From Haemophilus parainfluenzae (GTDB lineage: Bacteria; Pseudomonadota; Gammaproteobacteria; Enterobacterales; Pasteurellaceae), in NCBI GenBank assembly GCA_018381885.1, contig JAGZRA010000011.1, forward strand, positions 25,294 through 89,293: a DNA stretch of 64,000 nt, given 5' to 3'. The notes under the pieces were generated by a model. That model saw only the letters and a program-made list of their open reading frames with translations, made no database searches and was not told the origin of the DNA. A program made the translations under genes and the position numbers. Positions 9,903-20,122 of this stretch are shown here, one piece after another (the first letter of the stretch is position 1; the number at the start of each line of letters is the position of its first letter).

Positions 9903-9952
9903 CAGGTACAATGCAGCCAATTTTTTTAAGATAATTGATGTAAGAATAAGCT

Positions 9953-11701
9953 ATGCAAGATAAAGATTTCTCAACCACACAAACTTTTAAGCGTTTATGG
10001 CCGATGATTTCACCGTTTAAATCAGGCTTATTAGTCGCCGCTTTTGCTTTAATTTTTAATGCGTTGGCAGATTCAGGTTTGATTTATATGCTTAAGCCTT
10101 TGCTTGATGATGGTTTTGGAAAAGCCGATCATTCTTTCTTGAAAATGATGGCATTTGTTGTCGTTGGTATGATTATATTGCGTGGGGTGACCAACTTTGT
10201 CTCTACTTATTGCTTGGCGTGGGTATCCGGTAAAGTAGTGATGATTATGCGCCGCCGTTTGTTTAAACATTTAATGTTTATGCCAGTGAGCTTCTTTGAT
10301 CGTAATTCAACAGGCAAATTGCTTTCTCGTATTACCTACGATTCAGAAATGATAGCGAACTCTTCATCTAGTTCATTAGTGACGATTGTTCGCGAAGGAG
10401 CCTATTTAATTTCGTTGCTTGTTGTGATGTTCTATACCAGTTGGGAATTAACACTTGTACTTTTCGTGATTGGCCCAATTATTGCAGTACTGATTCGCAT
10501 GGTATCTAAGATTTTCCGTAAGCTTAGTAAAAACATGCAAGATTCCATGGGGGAATTGACCTCTGCAACGGAACAAATGCTAAAAGGGCATAAAGTGGTG
10601 CTGTCTTTTGGTGGACAATTAGTTGAAGAAGAGCGTTTCGATAAAGTCAGTAACGATATGCGTCGCAAAGGTATGAAGATGGTGACTGCTGATGCGATTT
10701 CAGATCCAGTTGTGCAAGTAATTGCTTCTTTGGCGTTGGCAGCAGTGCTTTACTTAGCAACGACACCATTAATTGCTGATGATAATTTAACTGCGGGTTC
10801 TTTCACGGTGGTCTTTTCTTCCATGTTAGCGATGATGCGTCCGTTAAAATCTTTGACGAATGTTAACTCACAGTTCCAACGTGGTATGGCGGCTTGTCAG
10901 ACATTATTTGCCATCTTAGATTTAGAAACAGAGAAAGATAATGGTACGTATAAAGCTGAACCCGCAAAAGGTGATTTAGAATTTAAAAATGTGAGTTTTG
11001 CTTATGAGGGTAAAGAAGAGAAAGCCTTAAATAATATCTCTTTTTATGTGCCTGCAGGCAAAACTGTGGCATTAGTGGGACGTTCAGGTTCGGGGAAATC
11101 AACGATTGCTAATTTAGTGACGCGTTTCTACGATATTGACGAAGGCGAGATTTTATTAGATGGCGTGAGAATTCAAGATTATCGTTTATCTAATTTACGT
11201 GAGAATTGTTCTGTTGTTTCTCAACAAGTGCATTTATTTAATGATACGATTGCCAATAATATTGCTTACGCAGCAGAAGATAAATACACACGTGAGCAAA
11301 TTATTGAAGCGGCAAAAGCCGCTTATGCCCTAGAGTTTATCGAGAAACTTCCACAAGGTTTTGATACCGTTATTGGTGAGAATGGCGCAAGTCTTTCTGG
11401 TGGTCAACGTCAGCGTTTAGCGATTGCTCGTGCGCTATTGCGTAATTCACCTGTCTTAATTTTAGATGAAGCGACTTCTGCACTCGATACCGAATCTGAA
11501 CGTGCAATTCAGTCTGCATTAGAAGAACTAAAAAAAGATCGTACAGTATTGGTGATTGCGCATCGTTTATCAACCATTGAAAATGCCGATGAAATCTTAG
11601 TTATTGAACACGGTGAAATTAAAGAACGTGGTACGCATCAAGATTTATTAGCGCTTGATGGTGCGTATAAACAATTACACAGTATGCAGTTTAGCGGATA
11701 A
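9953..11701 (+). CDS. msbA: lipid A export ABC transporter permease/ATPase MsbA
   Basis: 582 aa; six-TM N-terminal domain; Walker [10 protein letters not shown], signature LSGGQRQR, Walker [10 protein letters not shown]. Confidence 0.9.
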   Translation: MQDKDFSTTQTFKRLWPMISPFKSGLLVAAFALIFNALADSGLIYMLKPLLDDGFGKADHSFLKMMAFVVVGMIILRGVTNFVSTYCLAWVSGKVVMIMRRRLFKHLMFMPVSFFDRNSTGKLLSRITYDSEMIANSSSSSLVTIVREGAYLISLLVVMFYTSWELTLVLFVIGPIIAVLIRMVSKIFRKLSKNMQDSMGELTSATEQMLKGHKVVLSFGGQLVEEERFDKVSNDMRRKGMKMVTADAISDPVVQVIASLALAAVLYLATTPLIADDNLTAGSFTVVFSSMLAMMRPLKSLTNVNSQFQRGMAACQTLFAILDLETEKDNGTYKAEPAKGDLEFKNVSFAYEGKEEKALNNISFYVPAGKTVALVGRSGSGKSTIANLVTRFYDIDEGEILLDGVRIQDYRLSNLRENCSVVSQQVHLFNDTIANNIAYAAEDKYTREQIIEAAKAAYALEFIEKLPQGFDTVIGENGASLSGGQRQRLAIARALLRNSPVLILDEATSALDTESERAIQSALEELKKDRTVLVIAHRLSTIENADEILVIEHGEIKERGTHQDLLALDGAYKQLHSMQFSG

Positions 11702-11709
11702 AATAATAA

Positions 11710-11731
11710 GGGCGAACCAATGTGTTCGCCC
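11710..11731. repeat. intercistronic hairpin gggcgaac-caatgt-gttcgccc between msbA and lpxK
   Basis: 8-bp perfect stem. The T-run lies only on the minus-strand side, so it would not terminate msbA-to-lpxK read-through. Confidence 0.4.
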
Positions 11732-11754
11732 AAAATCAATATAGGATAAATGAA

Positions 11755-12735
11755 ATGCCTTTTTGGTACTCTAATTCAAAGCTAGCTTGGTTGCTCCTTC
11801 CTTTTTCACTGCTATTTTGGTTGATTAGCCAAATTCGCCGAGCACTATTTTCTCTGAATATCTTATCCTCTTATAAATCCCCGAAACCGATCATTATTGT
11901 CGGTAATCTTTCTGTCGGTGGAAATGGTAAAACGCCTGTCGTTGTGTGGCTAGTTGAAGAGTTACAAAAACAAGGATTACGTGTAGGCGTGATTTCTCGT
12001 GGCTATGGTAGCCAATCTAAAACCTATCCTTTACTTGTCACACCGGAAACAAACCCTGTTCAAGGGGGCGATGAACCTGTTTTAATTGCCAAAAGAACAG
12101 GTGTGCCTGTGGTGATTTCACCGAATCGTCAACAAGCTATCGAATTACTTTTGAAAACACAGGATTGCGATCTGATTATTTCAGATGATGGATTACAACA
12201 TTATAAGTTGCGACGTGATATTGAAATTGTCGTAATGGACGCAGAACACGCTTTAGGGAACGGCTTTGTGCTACCAGCAGGGCCTTTACGTGAATTGCCA
12301 AGTCGTTTAAAAAATGTTGACTTTGTGATTACCAATGGCGGAAAAAATGCTTATTCTGATGCCATTATGATGTTAGTTCCTCACTATGCGATTAATTTAG
12401 TGACGGCAGAAAAACACCTGTTAAGTGAATTTACTCAAGGTTCAGCCATCGCGGGAATTGGCAATCCTCAACGTTTTTTCACGATGCTGGAAAATTTAAA
12501 TATTTGTTTAGAAAATACGAAAGCTTTTCAAGATCATCAACATTTTGAGCCACAATTGTTAGAAAAACTCGCTGAAAACCAACCGCTCTTTATGACCGAA
12601 AAGGATGCTGTGAAATGCCAAGCTTTTGCTAAAGAGAATTGGTGGTATGTTCCCGTTGATGCAGAGATCGTAGAGGCTGAAAATCAAGGCCAAAAACTTC
12701 CACAATTGTGGCAAAAAATTCGTCATTTGGTTTAA
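11755..12735 (+). CDS. lpxK: tetraacyldisaccharide 4'-kinase LpxK
   Basis: P-loop [15 protein letters not shown]. The start is placed at MPFWYS (the ORF-track ATG at 11722 lies inside the msbA terminator hairpin). Confidence 0.85.
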   Translation: MPFWYSNSKLAWLLLPFSLLFWLISQIRRALFSLNILSSYKSPKPIIIVGNLSVGGNGKTPVVVWLVEELQKQGLRVGVISRGYGSQSKTYPLLVTPETNPVQGGDEPVLIAKRTGVPVVISPNRQQAIELLLKTQDCDLIISDDGLQHYKLRRDIEIVVMDAEHALGNGFVLPAGPLRELPSRLKNVDFVITNGGKNAYSDAIMMLVPHYAINLVTAEKHLLSEFTQGSAIAGIGNPQRFFTMLENLNICLENTKAFQDHQHFEPQLLEKLAENQPLFMTEKDAVKCQAFAKENWWYVPVDAEIVEAENQGQKLPQLWQKIRHLV

Positions 12736-12751
12736 TTTATTCGAGTGAAAT

Positions 12752-12931
12752 ATGTGTGAGAAACTTAATCCTCGATTATTAGACGTGATCGCTTGCCCGC
12801 GATGTTTGGCAAGATTGAAATACGATCAAGAAAATCAACGGCTCATTTGCCCTTTTGAGCAAGTGGCGTATCCTATTGAAAACGGCGTGCCTGTATTGTT
12901 GGCAGAAAAAGCCGAAACATTGAAAGAATAA
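12752..12931 (+). CDS. ycaR: Trm112-like small protein YcaR (UPF0434)
   Basis: 59 aa; [50 protein letters not shown]. The msbA-lpxK-ycaR-kdsB order matches E. coli. Confidence 0.7.
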   Translation: MCEKLNPRLLDVIACPRCLARLKYDQENQRLICPFEQVAYPIENGVPVLLAEKAETLKE

Positions 12932-12940
12932 GGAATGATT

Positions 12941-13584
12941 ATGTCATTTACAGTTATTATCCCTGCTCGTTTTGCATCGAACAAGTTGAAAAGGCCGCAA
13001 AAGCTTTTGGGGCTGAAGTTTGCATGACATCAGAAGCGCATAATTCTGGTACTGAGCGTTTAGCGGAAGTGGTAAGTAAGCTCGGTATTGCTGATTATGA
13101 AATTATTGTAAACATCCAAGGGGATGAGCCGTTAATTCCACCCGTTATTGTGAGTCAAGTGGCAGAGAATTTAGCGAAGTTTAACGTGAATATGGCGACA
13201 CTTGCGGTAAAAATTCACGAAGCGGAAGAGTTATTTAACCCAAATGCTGTGAAAGTCGTTACGGATAAAGATGGCTACGTTTTATATTTTTCCCGCTCAG
13301 TGATTCCTTACGATCGTGATCAATTTATGCAATTAGCGGATACCTCCAAGGCGCAATTGTCTGATGCGTATCTTCGTCATATTGGTATTTATGCTTATCG
13401 TTCAGGCTTTATTAAACAATATGTGCGATGGGCACCAACACAATTAGAAAACTTAGAGAAATTAGAGCAACTCCGTGTATTGTGGTACGGTGAGCGTATC
13501 CATGTGGAATTGGCGAAAGAAGTCCCTGCTGTTGGTGTGGATACGGCAGAAGATTTAGAAAAAGTGCGGTCAATTTTGGCGTAG
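12941..13584 (+). pseudogene. kdsB: 3-deoxy-manno-octulosonate cytidylyltransferase (CMP-KDO synthetase) with an internal ~110-115-bp deletion and frameshift near the 5' end
   Basis: [13 protein letters not shown] (12941..12979) runs into a stop after 28 codons. The KdsB body resumes in another frame (...[31 protein letters not shown]...[13 protein letters not shown]...). About 37 residues of the CTP-binding region (RLPGKPL...IIATDN) are missing. Confidence 0.75.
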
Positions 13585-13593
13585 TTTTTACTG

Positions 13594-15420
13594 ATGTTTG
13601 ATTCTAAAAAGTTTCTCTCAGACGTTTCTCATGAACCTGGTGTTTATCGTATGTATGACGATAAAGATCAGGTTATTTATGTGGGCAAAGCGAAAGATCT
13701 CAAAAAGCGACTTTCCAGCTATTTCCGCAAAAACTTAAGCAGCAAAAAAACAGAAGCCTTGGTGTCGTCAATTCATCATATCGACACAACCATTACCTCT
13801 TCTGAAACAGAAGCATTATTGCTTGAGCATAATTTCATTAAGCTTTATCAGCCTCGTTATAACGTATTATTGCGAGATGATAAATCCTATCCTTTTATTT
13901 TATTGACGAAAGAACGTCATCCTCGTATTACTTCTTATCGTGGAACGAAAAAAATTGCAGGTGAGTATTTCGGGCCTTATCCTCATGCGGGAGCTGTGCG
14001 TGAAACCTTGTCGTTAATGCAAAAATTATTCCCGGTTCGTCAATGTGAAAATTCGGTTTATAACAATCGTTCCCGCCCTTGTTTGCAATATCAAATCGGG
14101 CGTTGCTCGGCACCTTGTGTACCAGGTTATGTGACTGATGAGGAATATAACCAACAAGTTGAATTAGCACGACTATTTTTACAAGGAAAAGATCAGCAAG
14201 TATTAGATTACCTCATTGGTAAAATGGAACAGGCGAGCCGCGACTTAGATTTTGAAGGTGCGGCGCGTTATCGTGATCAAATTCAAGCGGTTCGTGTGGT
14301 TATCGAAAAACAATTTGTATCCAATGAGCGTTTGGACGACATGGATATTATGTCTATTGCGTATCAGCACGGTTTAGCTTGTGTTCAGGTAATGTTTATT
14401 CGTCAAGGCAAAGTATTGGGCAATCGCAGTTATTTTCCTAAAGTACCCGCTAACACTGATTTATCCGAACTAACAGCAACGTTTGTTGGGCAGTTTTATT
14501 TGCAAGGTCATCAGGGCAGAAGTATTCCTAATAGTATTATTGTGGATCATAAACTAGATGAAAAAATCGAGCTTGAAGCCTTGTTAACTGAACAAGCTGG
14601 GCGAAAAGTGGTGATACAAGAATCTGCTAAAGGCGATAAAGGTAAATATTTACAACTAGCACAAATTAATGCCAAAGCGGCGTTAGCGACTCAACTCAAA
14701 CAATCTTCCCGAATGCATGAGCGTTATCAAGCCCTTTGTGAGTTGCTTAATATGTCTGAAATTAAACGCATGGAATGTTTTGATATTAGCCATACGATGG
14801 GAAATCAAACCGTGGCATCTTGTGTGGTCTTTAATCAAGAGGGTCCGCTGAAATCAGACTATCGCCGCTTTAATATTGAAGGCATTACTGGCGGCGATGA
14901 CTATGCAGCGATGGAGCAAGCCTTAAAGAAACGTTACGACCGCGATCTTGATGAAGATAAAATCCCCGATATTATTTTTATTGATGGTGGTAAAGGGCAG
15001 CTTAATCGTGCCTTAGAGGTTTTTCATCACCTCAACGTAAAATGGGATAAAAATCGACCGCACTTAATTGGTGTCGCAAAAGGCGTGGATCGTCGAGCAG
15101 GACAAGAGGTGTTGATTATCAGCAAACAAGATCGTGAGATTCATTTGCCGGATGATAGCCTTGCGCTGCATTTAATCCAACATATTCGAGATGAAAGCCA
15201 TAATCATGCGATTAGTGGTCATCGTCAAAAACGCCAAAAAGCTTTTACCCAAAGTGGATTGGAAACCATTGAAGGGGTAGGCGCTAAACGACGTCAAGCC
15301 TTGTTGAAATATTTAGGTGGATTGCAAGGTGTCAAAAATGCCACATTGGATGAAATCGCCTCTGTACCTGGTATTTCTAAAGCGTTAGCAGAAAAGATTT
15401 TCGAGACCTTAAAAAGTTAG
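13594..15420 (+). CDS. uvrC: excinuclease ABC subunit C
   Basis: 608 aa; N-terminal GIY-YIG (GVYRMYD...[12 protein letters not shown]); C-terminal HhH. Confidence 0.9.
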   Translation: MFDSKKFLSDVSHEPGVYRMYDDKDQVIYVGKAKDLKKRLSSYFRKNLSSKKTEALVSSIHHIDTTITSSETEALLLEHNFIKLYQPRYNVLLRDDKSYPFILLTKERHPRITSYRGTKKIAGEYFGPYPHAGAVRETLSLMQKLFPVRQCENSVYNNRSRPCLQYQIGRCSAPCVPGYVTDEEYNQQVELARLFLQGKDQQVLDYLIGKMEQASRDLDFEGAARYRDQIQAVRVVIEKQFVSNERLDDMDIMSIAYQHGLACVQVMFIRQGKVLGNRSYFPKVPANTDLSELTATFVGQFYLQGHQGRSIPNSIIVDHKLDEKIELEALLTEQAGRKVVIQESAKGDKGKYLQLAQINAKAALATQLKQSSRMHERYQALCELLNMSEIKRMECFDISHTMGNQTVASCVVFNQEGPLKSDYRRFNIEGITGGDDYAAMEQALKKRYDRDLDEDKIPDIIFIDGGKGQLNRALEVFHHLNVKWDKNRPHLIGVAKGVDRRAGQEVLIISKQDREIHLPDDSLALHLIQHIRDESHNHAISGHRQKRQKAFTQSGLETIEGVGAKRRQALLKYLGGLQGVKNATLDEIASVPGISKALAEKIFETLKS

Positions 15421-15488
15421 GAAAAGTCTTGATTTTCTACGCGAACTGTCTATGATTCAACCTTTCGGATTTTATATAGGAACATATT

Positions 15489-16208
15489 ATGTTTGAATGG
15501 CTTGTTGATCCCGAAGCATGGATTTCATTGCTTACTTTGACCGCACTTGAAATCGTCTTGGGTATCGATAACATTATTTTTATTAGTATTTTAGTGGGAC
15601 GTTTACCGGCTAATCAACGCCAATCTGGTCGTATTATCGGTCTTGGGTTAGCGATGATTACCCGTATTTTACTTCTTGTTTCTCTTTCCTGGATGATGAA
15701 ATTAACGGAGCCACTATTCACTTTAGTCGGTCAGGAAATTTCGGGTCGCGATTTGATTTTATTCCTTGGGGGCTTATTCCTGATTATGAAAAGTACAGGT
15801 GAAATCAAAGAAGCGATGCATCCTGAATCACATCATGAAGAAGAGAATAATAAGAAGAAAGTCAGTTATTTGGGTGTATTAATCCAAATTGCGATTTTAG
15901 ATATTGTGTTTTCTTTAGACTCAGTGATTACTGCGGTAGGGATGGCAAACCACCTTCCAGTGATGATTTTGGCAATTATGATTGCAGTAGGTGTGATGAT
16001 GTTTGCAGCGAAACCAATTGGTAATTTTGTTGATACCCATCCGACATTGAAGATTTTAGCCTTAGCATTCTTAATTTTAGTTGGAGTAAGTTTAATTGCT
16101 GAAAGTTTGGATATTCATATTCCAAAAGGCTACATTTACTTTGCAATGGGCTTCTCAACAGTAGTTGAAATGCTCAACATCAAAATGCGAAAATCACTTG
16201 GTCATTAA
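15489..16208 (+). CDS. TerC-family integral membrane protein (YgdQ-like)
   Basis: 239 aa, multi-TM; LGIDNIIFISILVGRLP and LDIVFSLDSVITAVGM motifs. Confidence 0.7.
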   Translation: MFEWLVDPEAWISLLTLTALEIVLGIDNIIFISILVGRLPANQRQSGRIIGLGLAMITRILLLVSLSWMMKLTEPLFTLVGQEISGRDLILFLGGLFLIMKSTGEIKEAMHPESHHEEENNKKKVSYLGVLIQIAILDIVFSLDSVITAVGMANHLPVMILAIMIAVGVMMFAAKPIGNFVDTHPTLKILALAFLILVGVSLIAESLDIHIPKGYIYFAMGFSTVVEMLNIKMRKSLGH

Positions 16209-16213
16209 ATCAT

Positions 16214-16250
16214 ATAAAAAGGCGGAACAATGTGTTCCGCCTTTTTTTAG
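16214..16250. terminator. bidirectional Rho-independent terminator
   Basis: aaaaaggcggaac-aatgt-gttccgcctttttt. Confidence 0.65.
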
Positions 16251-17299
16251 TCATTATAGAATACCCCTTTCCCATACAAATACATGGTGACTTGTTCGTC
16301 AGTATGGTATTCGTTGATGAGATCTTCATTGATATTCAATTCATAACCGCAAACATCAATACAAATATTGATAGCTCGTCCTCTTGATTCAATTCGCTTA
16401 ATCTCACCTTTAAAAGAAGCGGTCGGGTCTTGGATTTTTTTCGCAAGAGAGAATTGCTCAGGGCGGAATAACACTTTCCCTTGCGTATGGCCATTTCCTT
16501 TATTTTCGATGGCAATTTCACCTAATTGACAGGTCGCGATGCTATCGTTTTTTAATGTTGCAGGAAGAATAATGCTGTCCCCAATAAATTTAGCAATAGA
16601 CAAATACTGAGGTGACCAATAGAGCGTTTTAGGTGTCGCAATTTGGAGAATTTTCCCTTCTTGAATCACTGCGATTTTGTCAGCATGACATAGTGCTTCA
16701 TCGCGATCATGGGTCACGAATACGGCAGAGGAACCACTTTCTCTTAATACTTGTAACATATCGTAACGAATTTGATTTCTTAGATGTTCATCTAACGCAC
16801 TAAATGGCTCATCAAACAGGATTAACTCAGGGCTTGGTGCAAGTGCTCGAGCAAGTGCAACACGTTGCTGTTGACCACCAGAAAGCTGATGAGGGAAACG
16901 GTCCGCTAAGCTGCTAATACCCGTGAGTTTCATCACTTCTTCGATGCGTTGTTTTTCCTCTTCCGTTTTCCCTTTGCCATCGCCTAAGCCATAAGCAATA
17001 TTGCGGTAAACATTTAAATGAGGAAATAGCACGCCTTCTTGTACCACATAGCCTAATTTGCGTTGCTGGGTCGGCACATTGAGATTTTCTTTAAAAATAG
17101 GTTGATTCTTTAACCAAATCTCACCGCTTGTTGGTTGTTCAAAACCAGCAATACTACGCAATAAGGTGGTTTTTCCACAACCAGATGCGCCAAGAAGAAA
17201 TAGAATTTCACCTTTCTCTAATTGCAGAGAGATATTGTGCAGAACCTGGTGTCCGTTAAAGGATTTATTCAAATTTTTAATGTCGAGTAATGTTGTCAT
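16247..17299 (-). CDS. fbpC: ferric iron ABC transporter ATP-binding protein
   Basis: 350 aa; Walker [25 protein letters not shown], plus a C-terminal TOBE-like domain. Confidence 0.8.
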   Translation of the reverse strand: MTTLLDIKNLNKSFNGHQVLHNISLQLEKGEILFLLGASGCGKTTLLRSIAGFEQPTSGEIWLKNQPIFKENLNVPTQQRKLGYVVQEGVLFPHLNVYRNIAYGLGDGKGKTEEEKQRIEEVMKLTGISSLADRFPHQLSGGQQQRVALARALAPSPELILFDEPFSALDEHLRNQIRYDMLQVLRESGSSAVFVTHDRDEALCHADKIAVIQEGKILQIATPKTLYWSPQYLSIAKFIGDSIILPATLKNDSIATCQLGEIAIENKGNGHTQGKVLFRPEQFSLAKKIQDPTASFKGEIKRIESRGRAINICIDVCGYELNINEDLINEYHTDEQVTMYLYGKGVFYND

Positions 17300-17312
17300 T
17301 TTTATCTTCTCG

Positions 17313-18833
17313 TTATTTAAAACCGTATCGTTTCAGTAAAAATACAGGAATCCCTGAAAATAGCACTAACATAATGGCATAAGGCGTTGCAGCCGCATAT
17401 TGTGCATCAGAGGTGTATTCCCACACCGCAGTTGAAAGCGTTTTAATGTCATTAGGGGTCAGTAATAAGGTTGCGGTGAGCTCTTTCATTAAGTTTAAAA
17501 ATACTAAAGCAAAGGCAGCCGCAATCCCCGGTAACATAGCTGGAATGACTAAGGTACGGAAAATATAAAAGTTGCTACGGCCTAAGCTTTGCCCTACCTT
17601 TTCAATGTTACTAGACATTTGTTCAAGCGAGCTACGCAAGGTCGTTTGCGCCATTGGAAGATAAAGCATAAAGTAGGCAACGATAACCATGGCAAAGGTT
17701 TGATAAAGGGAATAGGCATAGTTGATGGTAAAGAAGACCAATGATAATGCGATAACAAGCCCTGGCACAGCGTGAAGTAGATAAGGGATTCGATCAAGCC
17801 AAATCGTCAATTTACTGCGATAGCGTACCGCAGCCCATACCAATGGTAGTGCACAAATAACGGTAAGTGTTGCACCCAGTGTTGATATAGTCAGTGAATT
17901 TGTGAAGGCGGTAAAAAATTCCCCAAAATCGACCGCACCTTCAATGGAACTTCCCACGGTTAGCCAATAAATCAGCATAGTAATCGGCACACCAATACTG
18001 AGCACAAAAATGGTCGTGAAAAAGCTTACGACTAAAATTTGTTTTCCTGCTGAGAGGGTTTTCAATGGATACGGACGTATTACGCCTTTGCCGCTTTGAT
18101 AGAGTGTTTGTGTGCCTCTAAAACGAATTTCCCCCATCACAACAAAGATACAGATCACCATTAACACACCAGAAAGTAAGGCGGCGGTGTTGTTATTAAA
18201 GGCCATTTCATATTCTTGGAAAATTGCCGTAGTGAAGGTTTGGTAATTTAAAATAGACACGGCGCCAAAGTCTACCAACATATGAAGCGCAATTAATAAT
18301 ACGCTGCTACCGATGGCGGGTTTGAGTTGTGGAAAAATCGCATGCCAAAATGTGTAAGCATGGCTTTTAGCTAATGAAAGGCTCACTTCTTCTAAAGAGC
18401 GGTCGAGTCTTTTTAAGGTCGCCGCGACAGGGAGATAAGCAAGCGGGAAAGAACTCAGCGTCATAATGCCGATGGTTCCCCAGAAGCCTTCCACTCTGAA
18501 GGTAAGACTGATCCACGTAAAACAACTGACAAAAGCCGGAATACAAAGAGGGAGCGTCATGGCTACTTGGAAAAAGCCTTTTCCCCAAAAGCGATAACGT
18601 TCTAATAAAAACGCACATAGTGTGCCGAGAATAATGGCAAAAAGTGTGACAAATACCATTAAAAGTAGGGTATTACTGAGCAATTCCCACATTCTTGGGC
18701 GCCAAAGTAATTCAATGCTGCGAGCCAATCCGACATCTGCAGCACGCTCAATAACATATAAAAAAGGGAGTAATAATGGCAAACTAATCAGCACGATTAA
18801 GGCTATAAGCCAGCGAGGTGGGCGATTAGACAC
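17313..18833 (-). CDS. fbpB: ferric iron ABC transporter permease (two fused domains); GTG start chosen after the intercistronic hairpin
   Basis: The ORF is open to 18905, but AAGGA-N7-GTG at 18833 gives 506 aa (VSNRPPRWLIAL...). The ATG at 18905 lies inside the hairpin. Confidence 0.75.
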   Translation of the reverse strand: MSNRPPRWLIALIVLISLPLLLPFLYVIERAADVGLARSIELLWRPRMWELLSNTLLLMVFVTLFAIILGTLCAFLLERYRFWGKGFFQVAMTLPLCIPAFVSCFTWISLTFRVEGFWGTIGIMTLSSFPLAYLPVAATLKRLDRSLEEVSLSLAKSHAYTFWHAIFPQLKPAIGSSVLLIALHMLVDFGAVSILNYQTFTTAIFQEYEMAFNNNTAALLSGVLMVICIFVVMGEIRFRGTQTLYQSGKGVIRPYPLKTLSAGKQILVVSFFTTIFVLSIGVPITMLIYWLTVGSSIEGAVDFGEFFTAFTNSLTISTLGATLTVICALPLVWAAVRYRSKLTIWLDRIPYLLHAVPGLVIALSLVFFTINYAYSLYQTFAMVIVAYFMLYLPMAQTTLRSSLEQMSSNIEKVGQSLGRSNFYIFRTLVIPAMLPGIAAAFALVFLNLMKELTATLLLTPNDIKTLSTAVWEYTSDAQYAAATPYAIMLVLFSGIPVFLLKRYGFK

Positions 18834-18875
18834 AGAAAAATCCTTTGAAAATATTAGTGTAGAGTAAATAACAGA

Positions 18876-18896
18876 AGGGCGTGTATTACACGCCCT
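18876..18896 (-). promoter_or_regulatory. intercistronic stem-loop between fbpA and fbpB
   Basis: agggcgtgt-att-acacgccct (9-bp stem). A similar hairpin between fbpA and fbpB is described as an attenuating element in Neisseria/Haemophilus. Confidence 0.5.
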
Positions 18897-18917
18897 ATAT
18901 TGCATAGCAAATTAAAC

Positions 18918-19931
<1,014 letters not shown>

Positions 19932-19984
19932 TTATCGGGCAAATCGCCCATTTTCTGAAAATAAAATTCGTCCCATTCTAATAT

Positions 19985-20003
19985 ATTTAAAAGAGATAAT
20001 GCA
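19985..20003. promoter_or_regulatory. candidate Fur box in the fbpA/gshF divergent region
   Basis: gataatgcaaataattctc matches GATAATGATAATCATTATC at 15/19, about 70-85 bp upstream of fbpA. Confidence 0.55.
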
Positions 20004-20122
20004 AATAATTCTCAGATGTTTTTCTCTTATATCAAAATTTCATATCCCATTCTATTTTTTTACTTCGTCCTATGTTGATTTTTCTCCATAATGTCTAGTA
20101 AAAATTTCTAATAAGGACGGAT

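Noticed and set aside
12941-13027. 28-codon [31 protein letters not shown] as a possible small protein or leader peptide
   Set aside because: Its first 13 residues are the canonical KdsB N-terminus and the rest is out-of-frame kdsB sequence. It is a gene remnant, not a separate gene.
11710-16250. Two hairpins with similar stems and aatgt-containing loops (gggcgaac-caatgt-gttcgccc at 11710; ggcggaac-aatgt-gttccgcc at 16218) as a novel repeat family
   Set aside because: There are only two copies. They are short, and the stems differ. This is more likely a coincidence among ordinary terminator-type hairpins.
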